Under the pieces are notes generated by a model. It made no database searches, had not been told where the DNA came from, and saw nothing but the letters and a program-made list of their open reading frames with translations. Below, piece after piece: positions 58,365 through 64,000 of a stretch of 64,000 nt of DNA (its first letter is position 1; every line of letters begins with the position of its first letter). Both the position numbers and the translations under genes were made by a program. Source of the DNA: a virus; the IMG/VR virus record IMGVR_UViG_3300030110_003801, positions 64,734 through 128,733 of that record; one strand, 5' to 3'.

Positions 58365-58739
58365 TTATGTTGTCTGTTCTGTAACATTATTTGTTGTAAA
58401 CTCATTAGTTGTGAACTCTCCATAAGGAGGGTCTATGTTGCTTATTGTAATAAAAAAATCACTAGGAGAGCCTATTGTTATTGGCGCTGTTTCAGGTGGC
58501 TCCACTATTGGTTCTGTTGCAGGATTTGGCTGTATTTCAATACCTGAGCAAGGACTTTGTAAATATCCCAACTCAAGAATAACCCAATTAGAGTCATCGA
58601 TTAAACACTTAGCCTTGTCCCAATCCCCTAATCCGTCTTGGATAGCCGCTTTTAAAACATAACCAACCAATCTTCTTTCAAGAATAGCAATCTTATCATC
58701 AAATTCTTTTTGAGTATATGTTTTATCTTCTTTTCCCAT
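58365..58739 (-). CDS. Hypothetical virion-module protein
   Basis: Start placed at ATG 58739, overlapping the upstream stop. Confidence 0.55.
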   Translation of the reverse strand: MGKEDKTYTQKEFDDKIAILERRLVGYVLKAAIQDGLGDWDKAKCLIDDSNWVILELGYLQSPCSGIEIQPNPATEPIVEPPETAPITIGSPSDFFITISNIDPPYGEFTTNEFTTNNVTEQTT

Positions 58740-59941
58740 TAGCAACCACAATTACACTTTAAAGGTTCACAAATAGTATGTCCTAAATTAACTACTTGCT
58801 GAATCTCAGCTTCTTCGTAGTTATTCTTTTTCATTACGGATATAGCTTTGATTACGTTTTGAATCGTTGCCGCATCATCATAAACATTCTTACTGTTCTT
58901 ACAACACTCCTTCTTGCTTAAAAGACTTACAAAACAACATTCAAAATTATCTATATCATAACACCAAGAGAAAAAGTCATTTTCGTCTACATTGTAATCA
59001 CATCCGGAAACTACGGTCAAAACAGACGTATATTCACCACCCTTCTCAATAGCTTTATAAACAACCTCATTTGACGCTGTTTCGCTAGGTATAGACATAG
59101 AGGATGCGTTTGCTGTTTTATTTGAATAAGTAAAAGCTCCTTCCCAAGCTAGCGACGTATCTGTACTCACTGTAAAAGGAACTCCTGCTTCTTTTGCGGT
59201 AAGGGTTACAACTCCACTAGCGCTTGTAGCTGAAATGTATTTGTAAAACAAGCTTGTTGTATCTGTAACAGCGTTAATAGCTTTAGCTACTCCCCTAGCT
59301 ACACACTCAGCAGTGTTATCACTCTCAACAGTATATTCAACAGTGTTTCCACAAAAACTTAACGAAAGTTTTTCACCCTCCTTATACTCTGCGCTTGTAA
59401 ATGAAATTTCATCAACTTGTTTAACAGCTCCTAAATCTAAAGGACTTCCATCGGGACCATATAGAGACATGTTTCTAGCGCTAACTAAAGGAGCTGTAGA
59501 TATAGTTCCTGTAACAGGCGTTATGCCCGCTGTTGAATCAATATCCGTTGAGCCTCCCGACCAAGAACCGTCGTAAGCATAAACGCTAACGTACCAATCT
59601 TTAAAACTTGTTCCGTCAGGTTTTATAAGTTTTGCTTTTATACCCGAGTTTTCGTTGTTTATTTTATCAATAAACGCTAGGTACTGAACTTCAGGATTGA
59701 TGATGTTTCCTGCTCCATCTGTTGATACGCTTAAGGTAACAGTTGTGAAATTATAAGAATCAAAATCAAAATTAGAAAAATTAAATGTTGTGTTTGCCGT
59801 CGGAAGACCACCTGAATAGTCGTGAAACCTGAATTCAGCAGAAGGAAAAAACCCTTCTTTTACGTAGTCAGTTTCATCAGGAATAGTTATGTTTGGACAG
59901 CTTTCTACTGAACTCCCTAGTGTTAAATTTAATACTCCCAT
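58739..59941 (-). CDS. Putative structural protein with Cys-rich C-terminus
   Basis: Beta-rich VTLTAKEAGVPFTVS; ends KCNCGC; start placed at ATG 59941. Confidence 0.6.
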   Translation of the reverse strand: MGVLNLTLGSSVESCPNITIPDETDYVKEGFFPSAEFRFHDYSGGLPTANTTFNFSNFDFDSYNFTTVTLSVSTDGAGNIINPEVQYLAFIDKINNENSGIKAKLIKPDGTSFKDWYVSVYAYDGSWSGGSTDIDSTAGITPVTGTISTAPLVSARNMSLYGPDGSPLDLGAVKQVDEISFTSAEYKEGEKLSLSFCGNTVEYTVESDNTAECVARGVAKAINAVTDTTSLFYKYISATSASGVVTLTAKEAGVPFTVSTDTSLAWEGAFTYSNKTANASSMSIPSETASNEVVYKAIEKGGEYTSVLTVVSGCDYNVDENDFFSWCYDIDNFECCFVSLLSKKECCKNSKNVYDDAATIQNVIKAISVMKKNNYEEAEIQQVVNLGHTICEPLKCNCGC

Positions 59942-60011
59942 ATCGTAATAAAAATACAAATAATATCAAGTTAATTGCAAGAGAACTAACAGATACTTTG
60001 ATTAGTTTAAA

Positions 60012-60215
60012 TTATTTACCATTTATAATATCCACCGCATCATCAGCCTCTATAAGACCCTTATACAGTAAATAAACAGCAGCGGCTATCTGTATAACCC
60101 TTACGCTGCTTTTAATTATCTTCTTAGCCTTTGATGTCTCAGCAATAGTCTCAATCATTGGGTCTAATTTTGGAACTCCTTTCCAAACCAACTTAGCAAC
60201 TTTTAATAGTTTCAT
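60012..60215 (-). CDS. Small membrane protein in the lysis cassette
   Basis: Hydrophobic VIQIAAAVYLLY; follows the endolysin. Confidence 0.5.
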   Translation of the reverse strand: MKLLKVAKLVWKGVPKLDPMIETIAETSKAKKIIKSSVRVIQIAAAVYLLYKGLIEADDAVDIINGK

Positions 60216-60230
60216 AATAAACAAATTAAA

Positions 60231-60689
60231 TTAAACATCAAATTGATAAACTTTAGGCTTGTCTTCGTCTGACATTACATCTAAATGAACCCAAGTTATA
60301 GGCTTGCCGTTTAAATTTCTTTCTAACCTTATCTTGCAAGGTATTTTACTAGGGTTTTTTACAATCCACTCCCTAACCTCAACAGCAGTCATTCCTGATA
60401 CATCAAAATCTACAGCTTTTCCAAACATGTGAGCCGACAGATAAATATTTTCTCTTGAGGTTACTAACGGGCTTCTATTATGCCTTAATCCTCTCTGTGT
60501 AAACCTACCTCCGTAAATCCAATTATTTACAGATATTGGAACTCCTAATTCATTTCTAATAGCCAATAAACAATCTAGTAATTTTTCATCCATAAATCTC
60601 CAAGCCGACTCACCAAACTTGTCATAAACACCCTTGTCTACAAGCTCTTCAATTCTAAAAAAATCTTTAATCGTTTTAATCCTCTTCAT
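60231..60689 (-). CDS. Endolysin, peptidase M15 family
   Basis: RGLR, SAHMFGKAVDF, WVHLD; ATG 60689 overlaps the upstream TGA. Confidence 0.82.
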   Translation of the reverse strand: MKRIKTIKDFFRIEELVDKGVYDKFGESAWRFMDEKLLDCLLAIRNELGVPISVNNWIYGGRFTQRGLRHNRSPLVTSRENIYLSAHMFGKAVDFDVSGMTAVEVREWIVKNPSKIPCKIRLERNLNGKPITWVHLDVMSDEDKPKVYQFDV

Positions 60690-61024
60690 TGTTCCATGTT
60701 TATAAAAGCTATAATCACAGCCCACAAAACTTGTATTGCTATTATAATTCCATAAACTGTAGCCCACTTCTGTTTTTGTAGGTATATTTCTTTTTGAGCG
60801 TCCTCCATATTTGATGGACTCCATACTTCAGAAACCTCTTTCTTCCACTGCCTGAGAGCTTTAACTTCCTCTCCATTAATCTTAAGCTTCTCCACAGCAA
60901 ATTTAAGCTCGTCTAAAGACTTTCTAGTTTCTTTATTACAGTCGTACAACTGTTTTAGTTTCTCTAATATAGAGTTGGCATATTCAGACCAACCATCATT
61001 ATTTTTTTTATCTCCTATACTCAT
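60686..61024 (-). CDS. Putative holin (coiled coil plus C-terminal TM helix)
   Basis: WATVYGIIIAIQVLWAVIIAFI; directly upstream of the endolysin. Confidence 0.5.
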   Translation of the reverse strand: MSIGDKKNNDGWSEYANSILEKLKQLYDCNKETRKSLDELKFAVEKLKINGEEVKALRQWKKEVSEVWSPSNMEDAQKEIYLQKQKWATVYGIIIAIQVLWAVIIAFINMEQ

Positions 61025-61038
61025 TTGTTCTTGTATAA

Positions 61039-61698
61039 TCAACAAATAATTATTCTTCTCCTAGAGCTTCCACTATCACTTAAACCCTTTATCTCTGTTC
61101 TGTCTAACGATACAGTTCCGCTAGTAGATGTAGACCTTAAACTTATTGTGCCTGCGCTATGACCCGCATCAGCACTAATAGCTCCCGTTGCTACCTGTCT
61201 ATTAGTATTATGAGTAGTAAAAGTTCTGTTAGTTCCTTGTGGTATTTGTTGAGTAAGGACAGCATTAATACTACAAGATGTAATCATTATTAATGAATCC
61301 TCTTCAACCGTTAAATCTTTAGTATTAGGGGTTGCTGAAGCACCACTCCTAGAGCTAGCACCTACACCACCTGAGCCTGTAAAGCTTCTAATGTGAATAC
61401 TAATAGGATTCCATTGTGAGCCGCTAAAGCTAACAACTAAATCATTATTTCCTGTTGGCGGATTCTCTAAATAATAAAAACACATTCTCTGACCTAAACC
61501 ACTTCTGTTAATTTGGTATAACTCTGTCATGGCTTGCCCTCCATAAGTACACCCTGAGTAAGTTTTACTGTTACTCATAGTAAACTGAGCAATAATTAAA
61601 CCGTCATCACCCGTGTTATGGGTATGGGCTTGAGTTTTAGAACTAGCTCCCGGAGTAGGATTGGCATTTGTTGTATTTCCTTTAGTCGCCGTTGCCAT
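61039..61698 (-). CDS. Ser/Thr/Gly-rich beta protein, fibre-associated
   Basis: 219 aa; TYGGQAMT, YYLENPPTG. Confidence 0.6.
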   Translation of the reverse strand: MATATKGNTTNANPTPGASSKTQAHTHNTGDDGLIIAQFTMSNSKTYSGCTYGGQAMTELYQINRSGLGQRMCFYYLENPPTGNNDLVVSFSGSQWNPISIHIRSFTGSGGVGASSRSGASATPNTKDLTVEEDSLIMITSCSINAVLTQQIPQGTNRTFTTHNTNRQVATGAISADAGHSAGTISLRSTSTSGTVSLDRTEIKGLSDSGSSRRRIIIC

Positions 61699-61979
61699 TA
61701 TAGTTGACTTATATCAGTTACCTTTATTAAACCTAAATCCTCCACGTCGTCTGTCTGAGTCCTAGCCTCGTGAACATATTCATATTCTGAAAAAAACTCA
61801 CCAACACCAACACTTCCTAATTCAATATTAGTTTTGTTTTCTCCCAAAAACTTACCTAATGTCGAATCGTAAGACTTATTGATTTCATTTATAATATTAA
61901 CATCTTCAGTATGACCAACATCTGTATACTTAAGACCGTCTGTTCCCTCTAATTCTATTTTGCTAATTATAGTCTTCAT
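61698..61979 (-). CDS. Hypothetical protein
   Basis: 93-aa ORF with stop/start overlap. Confidence 0.6.
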   Translation of the reverse strand: MKTIISKIELEGTDGLKYTDVGHTEDVNIINEINKSYDSTLGKFLGENKTNIELGSVGVGEFFSEYEYVHEARTQTDDVEDLGLIKVTDISQL

Positions 61980-61980
61980 T

Positions 61981-62343
61981 TTAGTCCTCTGTATAAGTTA
62001 TTGTCATTTTAAGACCTGTCGGAGTTCCGTTAATAGCGCTCGCTTGATATTGGATATAATTATCAGCAGTACAAGTAGCGTCGTCAAAGCTCGTAATTGT
62101 TTGCTTTGTTGTTGTGGCTACTTTGTCGGCTGACCATAAATCAGTACCTCCACTATGATTAATATTAAAGGTTGTTGATGTTGCGCCAACTCCCTCAACA
62201 ACCACCTTAGTTATTGTAATAGCAACTCCCGGCTCCCATATTCCAAAATCATCAGTAGCTATTGGGTCGGGTACAAATATACTTTTAGTAAGTTCGGGTA
62301 AACCGCTTATTTTCTTTGCGTTTATGTTTGGTGTTGCACTCAT
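61981..62343 (-). CDS. Hypothetical beta-sandwich protein
   Basis: 120 aa, Thr-rich. Confidence 0.6.
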   Translation of the reverse strand: MSATPNINAKKISGLPELTKSIFVPDPIATDDFGIWEPGVAITITKVVVEGVGATSTTFNINHSGGTDLWSADKVATTTKQTITSFDDATCTADNYIQYQASAINGTPTGLKMTITYTED

Positions 62344-62346
62344 ACC

Positions 62347-62520
62347 TTAATTATTTTCTTTTTGTTCTAACCACTCTACGTACTCAGCGGGAGGTGTATC
62401 ATACCACTTCCAACCATCTTTTTCAATCTTATTGTCTACTGATAAAGTAGTACCATCGGGAAATGAAATCTTATTTCCTGTAGTCCATATATCAAATTCT
62501 TCTTCGTATTTATAAAACAT
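62347..62520 (-). CDS. Small fibre-associated protein
   Basis: MFYK...DGWKWYD; start placed at ATG 62520. Confidence 0.55.
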   Translation of the reverse strand: MFYKYEEEFDIWTTGNKISFPDGTTLSVDNKIEKDGWKWYDTPPAEYVEWLEQKENN

Positions 62521-62531
62521 AATCTTTTTAA

Positions 62532-64000
62532 TTAACTTACTACTGTCCAACCTTTATTAGTAGCTATTAATAAATCACTTGCAGTTAAATCTGCTGAACC
62601 CGGATTTGTATTAACATAAATTGTCTGTGCGCCATTTGCCGTTCCTAAGTTGTTAAAAATAGTAACTATCGCATCTTGCTTCAAACTACAATTTTGATAA
62701 CTGTGTCTTGATGTTATTCCTGTAACTAATGATTCTCTTAAATTATTTGCAGATATTGCAAATTGATACCCGTTAGGATATGAAGTCACACCGGATAAGT
62801 CATAAGCGGGAATAGACGCAATATTTTTCGCACCATTAACCATAGCCCTACAACTTGTTAGTGTTCCACTTATTGGTGGAGCAACTTTTAAACCATAACA
62901 ATTATAAAAAGTATTATAAGTATCTGTAATATTTCCTGTGTTATTTAAAGTAGGAAAATCCTCCAATATATAACAAGAAGCAAATAGACCTTTAATAGTA
63001 GTAACATTAGTACAGTCAAAAGATGCAGGAGTTTTTTCCAACTTAGTACAACCTTGAAATATCTCTGTTAAATTTGTAGCATTTGATGTAACATTAAGAA
63101 AACTAGCATCTCTTAAATGACTTCCTTCAAACATTGATTCAAAGTTTTGTGTGCTTGACGTGTCTACCCAAGTAAAATCACATTGAGTTTTTATTGCTGC
63201 AAAACACCATAGAAAACTAGTCACACCTGATGTATCAAAAGGCTTTATTTCTTTTATATTAACACAATTCCTAAATGTATAACTCATAGTAGTAAGAACA
63301 CCTGTGCCTGCTGTCATGTTTACTACTTCCAAATCACTGCAACCGTCAAAACAAAGGTGCATACTTGTTACGTCAGGTAAACTTCCGTCAAATGTTTTAA
63401 GTCTTGTGTTGGAATATGTTGCTGTCATACTTGTAATTCCTGCATAACTAGATATGGGATTATTTGTTAAACTCCTACAAGTGTTAAATGTATATGTTAA
63501 ATTTGTTGTAGATGAAACATCCATTGGTGGTATATAATCTATTGAAAAACAATTATAATACATATACCCCACGTTGGTCGCACTACTTGTGTCCAATGTT
63601 GGCACTTGGATTAAAGTATAACAATTTTGAAAAACATTAGCAAATGTTGTAACTGCCGATGTATTCCATTGATAAATTTTCTTTAAACTCGTACAACTCG
63701 TAAAAGCATTATTCACATTTGTTAGGTTTGGTGCTGTACCAACATATTCAAACTCTTCAAGAGCAATCCACGTCCAACAAGCTAAAGACATACTTGTAAA
63801 AGCTGTACCTGCCATTTTCACGCTTAAAACATTTGAATTTCCAAATCCTCTATATACATCAGATGAATGTGCGTATGGTGAAGATGGTCTAATGAACGAG
63901 GTTAGTGTGGAACCTGATTGAGCTGTAACAGTTAGTATTACTTGCCTATAGCCTCCGCTTGTTAATGAACTTGAGGGAGCATTTGCCCAATCATAGTCAT
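62532..64000 (-). CDS. BspA/DUF285-like leucine-rich repeat protein (adhesin/fibre), 5' truncated
   Basis: Repeats of DTSS.TN...MF..C..L; the frame stays open to the window edge. Confidence 0.8.
   Translation of the reverse strand, partial: DYDWANAPSSSLTSGGYRQVILTVTAQSGSTLTSFIRPSSPYAHSSDVYRGFGNSNVLSVKMAGTAFTSMSLACWTWIALEEFEYVGTAPNLTNVNNAFTSCTSLKKIYQWNTSAVTTFANVFQNCYTLIQVPTLDTSSATNVGYMYYNCFSIDYIPPMDVSSTTNLTYTFNTCRSLTNNPISSYAGITSMTATYSNTRLKTFDGSLPDVTSMHLCFDGCSDLEVVNMTAGTGVLTTMSYTFRNCVNIKEIKPFDTSGVTSFLWCFAAIKTQCDFTWVDTSSTQNFESMFEGSHLRDASFLNVTSNATNLTEIFQGCTKLEKTPASFDCTNVTTIKGLFASCYILEDFPTLNNTGNITDTYNTFYNCYGLKVAPPISGTLTSCRAMVNGAKNIASIPAYDLSGVTSYPNGYQFAISANNLRESLVTGITSRHSYQNCSLKQDAIVTIFNNLGTANGAQTIYVNTNPGSADLTASDLLIATNKGWTVVS

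Noticed and set aside
15-63821. Numerous short antisense or nested ORFs in the track (e.g. 582..851, 31961..32338, 43263..43592)
   Set aside because: They lie within well-supported genes on the opposite strand or in another frame and show no motifs
1-64000. Stop-codon reassignment as seen in some crAss-like phages
   Set aside because: Long genes are intact and densely packed under the standard code, and no suppressor tRNA is present
1-64000. Prophage/integration module, reverse transcriptase or DGR
   Set aside because: No integrase, repressor cassette, RT motif or template/variable repeat pair was recognised in this window

Overview
The window is almost entirely a lytic-type tailed dsDNA phage genome, probably infecting Bacteroidota/Flavobacteriia. 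The host inference rests on TAnnTTTG promoters, DDLPF C-terminal tails and Flavobacteria-type P-II/AmtB. The gene layout is podovirus-like and resembles distant crAss-like or Cellulophaga phages. It has four blocks. (1) 1-12.0 kb, minus strand: head module with capsid, scaffold, three histone-like basic proteins, portal, terminase and GroES. (2) 12.0-13.3 kb: a non-coding divergence region with tandem repeats and helically phased palindromes. (3) 13.3-35.6 kb, plus strand: a ~510-nt highly structured non-coding RNA candidate, tRNA-Glu, a duplicated [unknown SCM/DRIY protein + M20/M28 peptidase] module, recombination and replication genes, and a complete P-II/AmtB/porin ammonium-uptake operon. 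(4) 35.6-64 kb, minus strand: ejection/cargo, tail, glycosyltransferase, lysis and fibre genes. The top candidates for novelty are the large ncRNA, an ~75-nt intergenic sRNA candidate whose exposed 12-nt seed is perfectly complementary to the start-codon regions of both paralogous SCM/DRIY genes, the nitrogen-uptake operon, and a DLPF-tailed SSB-mimic microprotein. All calls come from motif recognition by eye; no searches or folding programs were run.
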